Shown here: piece by piece, positions 15,875 through 29,822 of the stretch | Layout: every line of letters starts with the position of its first letter | Position numbering within the stretch: the first letter of the stretch is position 1 | From: Paramecium tetraurelia | Lineage: Eukaryota | Reading direction: 5' to 3' | Length of the DNA: 64,000 nt | Assembly (NCBI GenBank): GCA_000165425.1 | Contig: CT868675.1 | Location: forward strand, 1-64,000 | Notes under the pieces: model-generated | Databases searched by the model: none | Seen by the model: the letters and a program-made list of their open reading frames with translations, nothing else | Told to the model about the DNA's origin: nothing | Made by a program: the position numbers and the translations under genes

Positions 15875-18800
15875 TCATAGGACTTTCTTGGAATTTACAA
15901 TGTCTTCTTATTATTCTAGCTCCTCTTTTTAATATAGTCTGATATAATTCTTTGCATCCCTTAATTTTTGATTCTCTGATTCCTCTTCATGCTATTTTTA
16001 TAAGAAATTATAGCTTTACTTTCTATTCCATCTTGTAAAGGCATTAATTTAAATTGTTTGTCGATAATAATCGTTGTATGAATTATCCGATCAAATTTGG
16101 ACTCAAAGCACAAATGGGATAAAACACAAGAGCACATAAATCTTTAGTTTTTACTCCGGTCTCAAATAAATCTGCCATTTCTTCGTTATTCTTATAGATG
16201 ATCATCACAGTAGCAAAGATATATGCCATAGCTAGATATCTAAATAATGAAGATTCTATTTACATCTATGATTTCACAATTTTATATTAATCAATTATAG
16301 GCTTAAAAGCAATCACCAATAAACTGATAGTAAATGTCATAAATTATTGTAGTTAATAGCCATGAACATATCCATTTTAATCATTTGAACCATAAAAGGT
16401 ATAAATTACTGATATGACAATAAAGGTTCCATGAATACCCCCTTAGAAGAATTGAGTGAGTAATATTTTATAGGGGTTTTTGGGAGTTCTCACCATCAAA
16501 TGATACGCTGGTTGGCTTCTCAAAATTTCAAAAGGGAAATCCTATAATTGTTGAGTAATTTCATACCTATGCCATGCTAAAAAATATGAAAATGTAGCAG
16601 ATAGTAAAAAACATCATTATAAAGATTATAAATTCATTTAATAGATAGTTTTAGGAAAATCTGTTGTAGCATGCATAAACAAATTAAATAAAAAACAAGA
16701 TAAAAGATAAATAATTGATCAGCGAGATCGCTGAGCCCTGTCGAATATTATTTAATCTTCCATGTATAATTAAAATTTTGGGTAAGAAACTAAAAGTAGG
16801 CATTTTTATATCAAATGCTGTTTCTGTTTGATTTTCCAAACAAATCTACATTGATGGTGTTGAAGTGATGTAATTAGTAATGCAAATTAATTCGTGTGAT
16901 TTGATGATTGATGATAGCAAATAGTCAATATGAGGTTTAGAATTGAGTATTAAAACAAGAGGAATTTTTAGAAAGAAATTTCTAAATTTCTCATTTAGTA
17001 ATTGGTTCTTCAACCCAATTTATAAAGTTGTATCATCTATGATGAGCAAAACAGGTCTTTCATTCATAAATATGTTAAGTTCTTTACCAAAATTTTTGAT
17101 TTACTAAATTATTAAAATGTATATATACACTGTTTTTTTCTACTTAATCAAGAGCCACTTGAAGCTCGTCTCCATTTTGACATATCATGATCTAAGGAGT
17201 AGTTTACTCAAACACTCCTACCATAGTTGGGTCATTCTCTAAGATTTAAGGCTATGCAAATACTAGAATCTATTACATCTTTGATGTGAGAGTTAATCCA
17301 AATTTTATATTAGCATTGTCTAATATCCATGATTTCTTGAGAACAGTCATAAAAGTCCTCAATGATTTCAATAAATAGGACAGGTTCAACATCAGATTTA
17401 ATTTGTTTTAAAGTTTCATCATCAACTTTTCTCTGTTAATTAACCATATTTGTTATTTTGTCTAAATATTACATCGAAACGATCTTTCTAAAAATAATAT
17501 TCATTTGATTAAGATTGTCTTTAGCATCTAATAAACTAGAAATCTATAACTAAATTTCAGATGATAATAAATCTTTACAATCTGTAAATTTCGATCTAAA
17601 GACAATAATATATTATTTATTATCCTAAAAGTATATATTGATAGAAAATTTACTTCTTTTAGAACTTATTCATATCCAATTAGGAAATATTTTGAAGTGA
17701 CTACTTCAAACTTTGTTTTAAAATACTACTGATTTTACTCTTAATCTTATATTATCCTTTATGTTCCATTGATTCCAATAGATAGACCGTAATCAAGGAT
17801 TCGTTTTTGAGTTGCAATGTCTTCCTCACTTTTTTTGCTAGTTTGAAAAGATAAAAGTGCATATTTGGCTTCTTATTAGCAGAAGTTAAAATCATCAATA
17901 TCTTCAATAGGTGTAACTGTAACTAGATCGTTGAGGTTAATTTCATCAGATTATTTATTCAATAAGATGTTATTTACTACCAAGGTTTATCTAGTGAGCA
18001 GATTTAAATCAGTTAGGATATATTTGGCTCTGGCCATATTGGCTAGTGCATTGCTGTTAGTAATCTCGACTCTCTTCCCAGAAATATCAACACTATTAAG
18101 GTTAAATGAATTGCTTTTACTCGATAAGACGATCATGCTCAGCTTAGTATTTGGAAATCCTGTTGATTATCAAGACGAGAGGAATTTACATGATGGGGAT
18201 TCCCCAACTGAAGGTGCACAGAAATTACAAATAGGTTTTCATATATCCCTCACTCAATTTATCGTCCAAGTATAAGTATTTAGTTTGAATAAAGTGACCT
18301 GCCAATAAGGTGACACATAATAGAAGGGTAAACATAATAACAATAATGTTTTGAATGTGCAAGGAGAAACCTAATTTTGGATTAATTTTTGTTTTTTCAT
18401 ATGCAGAACTCTGCTCTTCCTTTTGTTCTTTCATAGTTTAACCAGTTACAAGAATAAAGAGTTCATCAAATGAATTATTGGCTTATAGAATTCGAATTTT
18501 ATTTTGTTGTCTATAAATAAGTTTATATTAACATACTAGAAATCCAGACAAAATTAGTTTGTTTCCATCTTCATAACGACTCTAACCTTCTTCTCTTCGG
18601 AATCAAACTCCAATTTGCCCTCAAGTTGTCTTCCAACACAGAAGTTTGCAACCCCTGCTCTACGAGTTATTGTCTAACCTCCAATTTCTAATAATGGTAT
18701 GTTTTCAGATACTCCAGTAGTTCCCACTATTATACCATCTGTAGGGCATTTTTGTCTCGGGAGGAGTTTAATCAAATGTCCAGGTTATAATTGGCCGATG

Positions 18801-19351
18801 CTGCATTCTCTAAATTCGTCATCTATGTAGGCAAATATTTGTTGTTGATCGGCTTGCTCTATTGATCGATAAAGATGAATTTTATTCATGAAGGTATCAT
18901 AAAATGATATGCAAAAGCAGAGGACTATTTACAATCCCATATATAATTGATTATAAAAACCGATGACTTCATATTGAATTGAGGCAGTGAGCAATATTAT
19001 GTAATAGAGTAGGGGGAAATTTGCAAAACCATAGAGAAATGATTCGATTATGATCTATCAATAATCCATATTGTGGTTTTTACTTGATATTGGGATTTCT
19101 CTCTTAGGGCATTAATAGAAAGTGTGGACTTTATAGTAATTAGCTTTCCTGGTTAATCGATTTGGGATTGATTCTATGTTTCCTCTGGAGCTATATCCTG
19201 CGATTTATTAATTTTGATTCTCGCCTCGGTATCAGTGTAGGTTTGCTTCATAAACTATTTGGCTGTGATTTTATTGGCAGAATCGATCGAATTGATGATG
19301 TCTTAGTAGTATTAAGTTTTTACCTCTTGAGGAACCATCCAATGATTACAT
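15875..19351 (-). CDS. Degenerate P4-type ATPase (flippase)-like membrane protein
   Basis: A-domain LQPGHLIKL...CPTDGII; ITNSNALANMARAKYILTDLNLLT in place of LGQxxYIFSDKTGTLT; KIWINSHIK in place of KVWxLTGDK; ILIIHGR followed by multiple TM helices. Confidence 0.75.
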
Positions 19352-19508
19352 AATCAAATTTATTTAATTTAATTTTACAATATTCAAAGACCTTTACAAT
19401 TTAATTAGATTTTATGTCTACTTTTTTTAGATATCTAATGAAATTTTGGGTTTATGGGATATGAAAATTTATAAATCTTAATAAATTCGGAAATATATAA
19501 ATTATTTA

Positions 19509-21413
19509 ATGAAAATTCTAATCATTAATGGTTATGGGAAGAGTTATAAAGGCATGAAGAATTTTGAACAATACAAACTGATCATTAAAGAGGCTTTGCT
19601 AAGTAAAAAGGAGATGATCGACACAGAAATCGATTTCATTATACGTGATAGAGACTCCATTGATGATTTGCTGTATGAAATTGATAGTTCTTTTGTGAGA
19701 GTAGAATGTGGCAAAATGTTCGATTCAATTGATATTATATTTTTTGAGGGTGATGCAAATCTTAGACCATGGTCTCCAAATGCATATAAAGTATTTAGCT
19801 CTAAATACATTAGTATCTAATTTTGTTAAGAATGTGTCTCAGAAGTAACAAAATCATCTTTGCCTCATCATTTGCCATGTAAGGCTTGGTATTCTTGATA
19901 GCTTCAAATGTTGAATGTGTATTAATAATGATATTTACTAGTAAATAAGTGTTATTAATGGATTGAATGGAGGATAGTTGGGTGATCTGTCAAAGATCAA
20001 AAAGGATTTGACTGATATAAAGTAGACAGATTTCTTTCTTGATAATGTAACAGGAGATTTGTATGGATTCAACTATGATACAGGTGAATGGGTGAGTAAA
20101 GGAAATGCTGGAATTCATTTTAGAAAAGCTGCTGAAGAATTTAAAACCATTGGGAAATACATAATGAAAGCACCTTAATACAAGGTTAAAGGAATGAAGG
20201 AACTAGACACGCTCTATGTATCTAAAGAAAACGAAATTGTATGTTCTTTGAGAAAAAATCAAATGCATCATTTCTTATTTAATGATGTTCCATTTGAATT
20301 TGTTGTCCCCTATAAAAATTCATGGGATGTGCATCCATTCAATTTCGTGAATCCTAAAAAGACTTTTTAAACTTTGGCAGATTGTACTAAAGGTACATAT
20401 ATAGATCCTCTATTTAGGTCCTTTGATTATACAGATATCAGACAATATTATAGGGACATAATTTGCTGTAAAAAGAAAATACAAGGATACTGCTACTGTG
20501 TTGAAGAATTTCATGGGATATCAATTGACTAAATTATGTTCAGGATAAGCTCACTCGATACCAATTGAAATTGCATCAATTAAACAAAATGATAATGCCA
20601 TGGACATATTTCTAGAACACATGAGTAAGAATAAATATTAGGCTCATTAAAAAACAATAAAATTTAATGTGATTACTGAATTTCATCATGCTGGTTATGC
20701 TGCCAAGAAATCTAATAAGCTAGATGTTGTAGTAAATAATGCAATAGGCAGGAGAAGATTCAAATAGCAAATGCAAAAATTACCAAGCAAAGAATTAGAT
20801 AAGATATTAACAGTATCAAATATATTCTATTTAGAATGATAATTCATATAGATAGACTGCTAGAACTTCTAACAATTAATCTCGAAAAGTTGTTTCATTT
20901 ACTAATTTTCAAACTGGTTTAAATTCCCCCTTAAAAGGATAAACATTAACTTAATTTGATGATCAATTTGAGCAAAAAGTTTAATTCCACAAAACCTCAG
21001 GAGAGATAATGAAATTACTTCATCCATCAATTGATGATGCCTTGGTTGAGTAGAATAACAAACATGTTTGGGTACCAGGTTTCTTATCTCAAAGTCATGG
21101 GATGAAATTATCAAACCACAATTCCAAAGAAGGTTGGAATTCCAAGTTGACTATAAGATAGCCCTTCTAGAATCAAATGCAATTCGAAACATAACAATTT
21201 GATAATGTGTACAAGACTCAGAAATAACTTGAATTAGAAGAAGAGAGGGAGAAAAGCAAGAAAATAATTGGACCCAAATAATTTCGTTGTGGCACGCCTG
21301 CATAAGCCAATTTGATTACAACATATATGAGTAGAAATTCATCGGTGCCGTAACACCAATTTAGGATGATAGAAAAAGGAAAATGGATCTCTCCACAAGA
21401 TTTTAAAATTTGA
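19509..21413 (+). CDS. Class I glutamine amidotransferase-fold protein, catalytically degenerate
   Basis: MKILIINGY, DIIFFEGD, KIIFASSFAMQGL (cf. PxLGICxGMQxL), IIGTQFAVK (cf. GVQFHPE), VLKNF; low-complexity C-term. Confidence 0.65.
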
Positions 21414-21452
21414 ATTATATCTATCTTATTATCATATTATAGCAAAATAATG

Positions 21453-22408
21453 TCATCCGTTGTGGGCTCCCTAAGATTCTGGACTTAGAGGGAGGAACAT
21501 CAATTTTTACGAGGGTCCTTTGGCTAAAAGTTGAAGAGTCTCCAAGAATCTTATTTGCATTGCAGCTTTGCTATCCAGGGCTTGGGCAGCTTCTTTCATC
21601 AATTTAGCACTTTCAACATCGGCTTGTGCGGAAATGACTTTTGCCTAAGCGATTCTCTTATTTTTGGCTGCAGCTGCCAAATCGGATTGCATTTATGGAG
21701 TTAGAACCATGTCCTTGATGAAGACCTCTTCTATGTAAATTCCCCATTGTTCTGTTTGCTTGTCTAAATAGGCTTCGATGGAATCTTGAACCATTTCTCG
21801 ATGTTCCAAGAGATCTTGCAATTGGTGTTCTCCGCAAACTTGTCTCAATGCTGCATATGTCATGTCCTTCACAGACTAGGTCAATCTTGAAACCCTATAA
21901 GTTGCACGCACTGGGTCTATGGAGTATGTTTGAATATCAGTTACGTACCGACAACTCTAAAGTACATGCATGTATCGATATTAACTTATATGTTATCCTT
22001 GGTTAGGATGATCTGTCGATCTAAATCCAATACTCTTGTTCTCAAGTCCACTGGTAACACGGTATCCTTTCACAATAGATTTCAATAAATTACGGTACAA
22101 GGGTTGATTTAATTTAGACCTGGTGGTAAGCTTCTGTGATATTTTCCGAACTTCTCGACTAGTCCCACCGAACTCTATTGGACTGCGTAGAAGGGGTTAT
22201 CGCAACAACAAAATATGCAAGGGAGCCAAGCCTTAAATTAATTGTTGGCTATACTCTCAAACATCCTGACACATTTCCACAACAATCGAGGCAGGACTCG
22301 TAGGATGTCAATTCTCTTTTTTAGGTTAATTAATCGCCCTCCAAATTTGATTGCTTTTTAAGTTAGATGTGATTTTACTCTATTATTGCTAAGTGGCTAT
22401 TATTCCAT
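21453..22408 (-). CDS. Stomatin / SPFH (band 7) family protein
   Basis: VGLVEKFGKYHRSLPPGL, DLRTRVLDLDRQIILTKDNI, WGIYIEEVFIKD, AQAKVISAQAD, AAMQIRFLETL. Confidence 0.93.
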
Positions 22409-22746
22409 TGTTAATAATTATATATATATAAAATTATTATATATGCAAATTAGTCACTTCGAAATTCAGCGAGAAGATTAGATCAAAGATCATGAATGTC
22501 ACTTAATCAAATGTCTCATCATTAGCAATTATAAATAATAAAATAAATATTAATTATTATTTAAATATTGGAAATTATGAAAAGCAAATTAATGTATACC
22601 ACAAATTGAAATAAAATCTGGTTTAAATTGTATTCTTAGTATTTTAACTATGTATTAATATATTCGTTCTAGAATTTTAAAATTCATTAATCTTAACACA
22701 TTAGGTATTAATTATAATAATAAAATTATAGAAATAAATTGCGTCT

Positions 22747-22986
22747 ATGGACAATATAATCGAGAATTCTTTAAACTTCTGGTAGTAGAGACTCAACACA
22801 ACAATAACAGATCCCACCGCAATCCTCATTATTCCCAAAAAAATATCAATAGTAGATAGAGTAGTAATAAAATCGGCATGCTTCTGGAATAAGATGGCTG
22901 ATGAATTCTTAGCTAAAAGTTCCACAAACAGATCAATGGAAAGTGTATCCTCATTGTCAAAAAAAGAGTAGATATCCGATTGCTGA
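22747..22986 (+). CDS. Small hypothetical protein (uncertain; a competing antisense ORF exists)
   Basis: 80-codon frame MDNIIENSLNFWQQRL...KKEQISDC* using TAG as Gln. Confidence 0.3.
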
Positions 22987-23432
22987 ATTGTTATTTTATT
23001 ATAATTAAATAAGATATTCCCCCATTCACTTTTATCACCAACTCTTACCGTCAAACCATCTCTCATAATCACGAAAGTCCCTGAACATTTCTTTGATTTC
23101 ATCCAAACCCCACATAAATACATATATTATCTTCATAATTAAATTATCAATTTTGAGATGTTCACCCTTGTCCGATTTGTATCTTCATCCCTGATCGATT
23201 CGAGTGGTGAGATTTTCGACTTTTAATTTATGTGGACCCATTATTAAACTTCAAAACCTGAGTTTGGAAACTCTAATCACTCCATTCCAAATTTCAAATA
23301 AAAAGTTCAAATGTCGAAAACTATTGCTTGAATTTTATAAAATATTTGAAAATTTTCTTTACTCGGATTGAAAACAATCGATTTTTTTATATTGTATTTC
23401 TCAAATTTATTAAATTAAACTACAAATTTAAC

Positions 23433-25522
23433 ATGCAACATCAAGGTGTATTACGAATTGGATCCCAAGATTCCTTCTCTAGGAAGAGTTAGATGAATCA
23501 GTTGCACACAACTCCCAGTCATCGGAAGACATCGCAAAATAAATAGCAATCAATTGATTAAATACCAGATAATGCATTAGAAAAGTTTTACTTATACAAA
23601 CAGAAAAAGAATGATATTCGAATGAAATAACAATTGAGCAAATAGACACAAAGATCTACGCAGAACTCTATTGCATAACAAAATAAGTTCTTCATCAATG
23701 CCAATTTCGTTAACAATTAAGGTGGACAATAAAAGCGTTCTGCATAATCTGTCACTATCGAAGGCATGGAATCAGTCAAAAGAACCATTAAAACTGACAT
23801 GGGAAACCCTGCATCCATTTTAGGCAAAGCCAAAAGTTTAGGCCCTGATGAATAAATGCAATAAGTTAAACATCACAACGTAGTTGTCAGGTTTGGAAAT
23901 CAAGACTTCTATTTTTATTTTGACTCTCAGTATCTCTATAGTTATATGTCTTTAGTCTTAATATGCGATAGATTTGGTTTCAAATTTTGCAAAGATTACA
24001 CGATTTAGAATTTGCTAATCCGCAAGAATGTTATGCTAATCTTAAAGATAAACCATCAGTTAATTAAATAGTTAGTTTTGTATCTTAATAACATTCAATC
24101 TCTATAGATTATTACATCGCATAACCAGACTTATCCTTTAATGTTTTCATGGATTCAGGACTGAAATTGGAAGCATTCTTATTATAGTCATCTCCTGAAC
24201 CCAAAGTTGGTTTGAAAGACTTTATATTCCTTAAAAATATTGGAGTAGGAGGCTTTTCATTAGTTTATCTAGTCAGGAAAAAGGATACCGGAAAATTCTA
24301 TGCCTTGAAATTAATTGATAAAGAGTTTATCATTGCAAAAAAGAAACAGTAAATAGTTTTGAATGAAAGAAACATAATGACACTACTTAATAGTCCTTTT
24401 TTATTACATTTATCATACGCATTTGAATCAAGGTAGTTTGTAGTTTTTGTATTGGAATTCTGTCAAGGGGGAGAACTCTTTTTTCAACTAAAGTAGATTA
24501 AAAGAATGAGCGAAGAATAAGCTTGTTTTTACATCTCAGAAATTTGTCTGGTATCTGATTAATTGTTATAATGAGGGCTTACAAGAGATTCATTCTCTCA
24601 ACATTTTATACAGAGATATAAAGCCTGAAAATATATTAATGGACATAGAAGGACATGTTAGAATTGCAGATTTTGGTTTAAGCAAACCTGAAATCGGAAG
24701 AGAAGAAAAAGCATATAGCTTTTGTGGATCCCCTGAATACATGGCTCCAGAAATGTTATTAAAGCTTGGCCATTCCTAAACGGTCGACTTTTATTGTTTA
24801 GGAGCCTTACTCTATGAACTACTAACAGGATTACCTCCCTACTATTCAACAAATACTAACCAAATTTACTAAGACATTTTATACTCTAAATTGACATTTC
24901 CTAATGATGTAAGTATTTTAATATACTCCTAGCTGTCCTTGTCTAGAGAAGTCAAAAATTTATTAATGGCTCTGCTTGAAAAAGATCCAACTAAGAGAAT
25001 GGGTTAGAGTGGAGGAGTATAGGAAATTTTAAAGCATCCCTTTTTTTCATCTATTGATTTTAAATAATTAGCACTTAAAAAAATCAAACCTCCATTCAAA
25101 CCTGATCCTTTAAAAATGAATTTAGATGAAAAAGAATCTCAAAGAGGAGAATAGGATTTTAGAAAAAAAATAGCACAAGGCAAATCTCTGAATTTACCTG
25201 TTATATTTGGTTCTTCTTTTTATTACGAATCTCCCCAAGAAGCCCAAACAAAATCAGTTTACAAAGAATGGATTTAACATATAAATTAATAACCAAATAC
25301 TCCTTGCGTTGCCTCATATCATAGTTAAGGAAGGTAATTCTTATGATTGATTAATTTAGGTCCGCAAAATCCTAGGATATTGTTCCATTAATTTAATCGG
25401 TTAAGAATAATCCTAGATCTCGGTAAATGTTAGGTTAGAAACAAAATTTTTATAAGGCTTCTGGGTTAAAACCTTCTTTGGAAAGAATAAATTAGGAAAA
25501 GAAGTTTTTTTCTAAAATGTGA
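23433..25522 (+). CDS. AGC-family Ser/Thr protein kinase (Akt/SGK/RSK-like)
   Basis: IGVGGFSLV, YALKLIDK, YRDIKPEN, ADFGLSK, SFCGSPEYMAPE, AGC C-tail KPPFKP. Confidence 0.95.
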
Positions 25523-25576
25523 CCCAATTAATATTTATCAAAATTTTTATTACAAACAAAAAGATATATTAGTATT

Positions 25577-28424
25577 TCAATTATTCAAAAAAAGGTATTA
25601 TTGCATACCTTTTGCGTTATTGTAATTTTTTTAAATCTAATAAAATGAAGATTGCATAAATTGTTTTTACTGCTTCTAAGGTATTGAAGTACTCTAATAT
25701 TAATTCATTGCACTTTTGCATTGTTCTGTCTAACCTTCTATTGCTTCATCTACTTAAAGTGAGGCAAAGAGTTTTGGTTTTATACTAACCCCATAAGAAT
25801 TTTCAGTTGCTCCTAACTTTGACATCTGTAAAGTGTTTCTTAAATTAATTGAAGGATTTTAAGTTGTCTAAAACTTTTGTATTTTATTGTATCTTTAAAT
25901 ATGAGAAGGTTAGAAGTTCTTATTTAATTTATTATAAATGGCAGAAATATTCTAATTATAACTTTAATCAGTTGGAAGGTGAGTATAAAAAATTTCTTTG
26001 TCATTGAATTCATTAAGAAAAATCAAATCTCTTGTAGGAGAGTAGGGATCACCAGCAAATTGGATATTAGTATTATTTTTCTGGTTTTATTGTTATTTTT
26101 TGATGTATGGATAAAACACCTTATCAGCCATATTTTCCTCGTTAATTTCACAGTTTAATTCTGGCTTCTCTTTCAATTAAGCATCTTGTATTAAGACTTT
26201 CAGTTTAATCGGAGATTTATTTTTCTCTTGGTTACTCATTTATTCCACATTTGATTAAAAGCTACCTACGGTTGTACCTCTAAAATGTTGAGTATTGTTA
26301 GATTTTATTCTATATTTTGTGGGGAGGGAATTATCTTTAATTATGTCATCTTATTTATATTATTTTTGCTTTGTTCTTCTATTGATGCTGTAATTTTAAG
26401 TATATTAAATAATATTATTAGGTTGATCTTCTAAAAATGATTATCTACTTAATAGCACAGTATTTTTTGCTACTGTTGGATTATTATTATCACCTCTGAT
26501 GGATTTCTTTTTCAGATCATTTAATTTTTATAACTTTTTAGAATTTTTGATTTATTTTTATTGATTTTATGTCAAGACAACATTCTTTAATACTTCATCA
26601 TCTAAATCATCTGATTCCCTTTCACTATCAGACTCTCCTTCTGAAAAGGATAAATCAGGTTAATCATTTTTCATCTCTTCAAATAATTTAGAATACTTCG
26701 AATTTTAACAAATTATCTATAGATTTAATTAATTTTCTTCATTTTATTAATTATTACCTTTTTTTTTAGTTTATCTTTTTGTTTTCTTTTCCTTAAAATC
26801 ACTAAATAATTCATCTATTTCTTAAAAATGAATTATAAAGTCATTAAATGACTCAGCAATTATTTAACCTAACTCAATCAGTTTCTATTCAGTAAAATCA
26901 ACTGTAATTTAATCATAATAATAACTACTGTTTGACACCTCCAATGTAAAACAATTAATAAATTAATATTTCTCACAAAATACAGCTCTAGCAGTATTTA
27001 TTTTGCATTCATTTATTCTAAATAGACATGAATAATAACGAAAAATTTGAGTTTTAAGAGATAAAATTTTAGCAAATAATCTTGATTTATAATAATTACA
27101 ATTCCACAATTAAAATTCAGGTCCATATAGAAATGCATTCTTTTTGGCTCTAATAAAAATATATTACATACCAGAATGTCCGTGTATATCAATAAAAGCA
27201 ACTATTTGATCTCCATATATTTGATACAAATCTGACATCATATGCTTCATTGCATAAACTGTTGGATACAATTTCTTGTTGCTATCTCTAAATTACCTAT
27301 TCAAATCTCTCCCTGCACAACCAGTCCTATAATTACCAAAGATTACACCATCAACATTCATCATCGGAACTATCACAAAGACTAACCTTATATATTATGT
27401 TATTAATTTACTAGTCTAACAATTTCTCGCCTTTACCTGAGCTCAAATGCTCTAATAAACCTTACATAACCCATGAGGAATTCGATTCTCCAGGGTGTAT
27501 TCTTGCTTATATTACAATCACTTTCTTCTTTAAAATGCCACCCTTAGAGAATGTTAGTTTTGGCACTTAAACACCACTTAATGTGCAACAAAAGTATGAT
27601 TATTCCATATATTGTGAATTTAAGGTTTTTATAAACGTATTTAATTTACTAAATGTATATGGTATACAATAGGCTATCTTTAGTGTGTCATCCCCTTATT
27701 TATTCATTAAAGTAAATGTCAGACAATAATATTATTTTTTTATATCTTTAAATTAACATTTATAACTCCCATATTTTACATTCTCACCTTCTTACTACCA
27801 CTCTTAAGATTCTCTTTAGACATATGGTTTCATTCCACGTTCATATAAGCACTTCTTTTTACGAAAATTGCAAATGTTAAATGTAATTTACTCTTAATTC
27901 TTCAAACCAGTGACTTCAAAATAATACCAAAGTGTATGACCATTCGTATTTGTATCAACCCTCATATATAAATCATATTCAGATTCTGATTTCCAGATTA
28001 CTAAATCTAAATTTCCACTTTCAAATTATGAATTGAATTTTATTTAAGAATCAATATTTGGATTCATTCCTACAAATAAATATTAATTTTTATTATTCTT
28101 GATTTTTTTACTTTTATTATTTTTGAACGCATAATTAGATTATGCTGAGATTTAATTATGAAATTACATTGCATCATTTGGTCTCTACCCTAAATAAACT
28201 ATCTTATTTGGGTCTTTCTGTTGCTAAAATTCAATTACTAAATCATTCAACTCATTTGAGAACTGTAAATTTATTATCTCTTCTTGATAATAAGCAGGAA
28301 CCCATCCTAACACCATATCATTTTCTAAAGAGTAATTTTTGTCAATGTGATCGATTGCTTAAGGTAACAATCTAGCATTGGAATCACCTTCAAACTGGCA
28401 TTCTTGATATTTGCTTTCCTTCAT
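25577..28424 (-). CDS. Cytosolic carboxypeptidase (CCP/AGBL, peptidase M14; tubulin deglutamylase family)
   Basis: FESGNL, WYYF, PYTFSKL, ARIHPGESNSS, PMMNVDGV...GNYR...DLNR, DIHGHS, FTLEVS. Confidence 0.92.
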
Positions 28425-28599
28425 ATTGATTAAAATTGAGTGTGTAGTTAGAGTTTATATAAATTAATAAAACCAAAAAAGTATTTAAGAAAATTTGTTT
28501 TGAAATGTTATGAAACTAAAATAAAATGTAAAATATATGTTATTATTTCGACTTTAATTTAATTCTCATTTGTTTTTTAGTACTATTCGTCATTGACTA

Positions 28600-29822
28600 T
28601 CGGCTACACTTTTGAATATTTAATTATAAAATACTTGCTTAGATTTTTAGATAAATGATGACTTTGTTGTTTATCTTTGTTGACTACTTCTGTGTTCTAT
28701 AAATATAGCAGGCATCTTTATAATCCTCATTGAACCCTAAAAATATTTATTTTTTTATATTCAACTTTTTTGGCAAAATTAGGTTTTTTTGCTATTTCAA
28801 AACCAGTATACTTTTTTTGGAGTTGCTCGATTTAAGTTGTTTTATTATTAAGAATCACTCTATATCGTAGGCTCTACCTATTCAGTTTACTTAATTAAAA
28901 CTGCATAAATTAGGGGTTGAAATTATTAATAAGTCGGTTTAGGGTAGTCCAAAAAATACAAAAACTCCTATATCTGCTTAGTCCGACTACTTTGATAACT
29001 TATATGATTCTTCTAATTCAAAATCTTGTAACTATTACTCATAATAATGGGATTATAGTGGTAAGGAAGAACTTCTTCTCTTTTAAAATTTTCTTTACTT
29101 AACTATCCTTCTCTTTTTCTTGTTGCTTTTATGATAATCTTAATTCTTTTTCGCTATCCCTTTCTCTTTTTTCTCTTTAATTCTTTTTTTCTTTTAATAT
29201 CTTTAATCCTTATCCATAATCTATTAGTACCCTATTTTCAACAACAAATTCTGAAGTTTTTTGGTATTTATCTTCTCTGTAATATTTAATTTTATTAATT
29301 TTTCTATTCTTTAATTGCTTCTTCTTTGACCTAGATCTTTACTTCTTTTATCTCTGTTTCTATAATCGTAACTTTTATTCTCTTTAATTTTTTTGTTTTG
29401 CTTTATTATTAATTTGTTTTTTGCGTCTTTAATATATCCTTATTCTCTCCTTCTTTCTAGAACTACATTTGCTTCTAATACTGTTTTGATTATCACTATC
29501 ATTTACCCCTAATTGATTTCCGATCATATAATTTTATAATGAGGGAGCCTTATAACTTATTAAAGTTAAGGTTTAAAATGGTTTTAATATTAAATTAAGG
29601 ATAATACTTACAACAATTCATTATTAGCTTCTTATCTGGCTGTCTGATATGCTAATTCTTATACATTGGCTAGTTTCATTAAATTCAAATCATTTATGAC
29701 TTTTGTTATTTTTCCAAATTATCTGCACCTTTAAATATCCACTCTACATTCGATTAGAGGGATTTTTGCAAATCATATAAATTTGCTGCTATTCCTCCTG
29801 AAGAGTTAACTTTTCTCAACAT
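28600..29822 (-). pseudogene. Probable decayed coiled-coil gene
   Basis: K/E/Q-rich coding-like segments in shifting frames, interrupted by TGA without canonical introns. Confidence 0.35.

Noticed and set aside
17931..18275. Track ORFs such as 17931-18275(+), 36867-37262(+), 49987-50498(+), 8444-8629(+)
   Set aside because: They are antisense shadows of real genes on the opposite strand
22701..23123. 140-aa minus-strand ORF from the track
   Set aside because: No in-frame TAA/TAG Gln codons and no recognisable domain; a plus-strand frame looks at least as gene-like, so it is left unresolved
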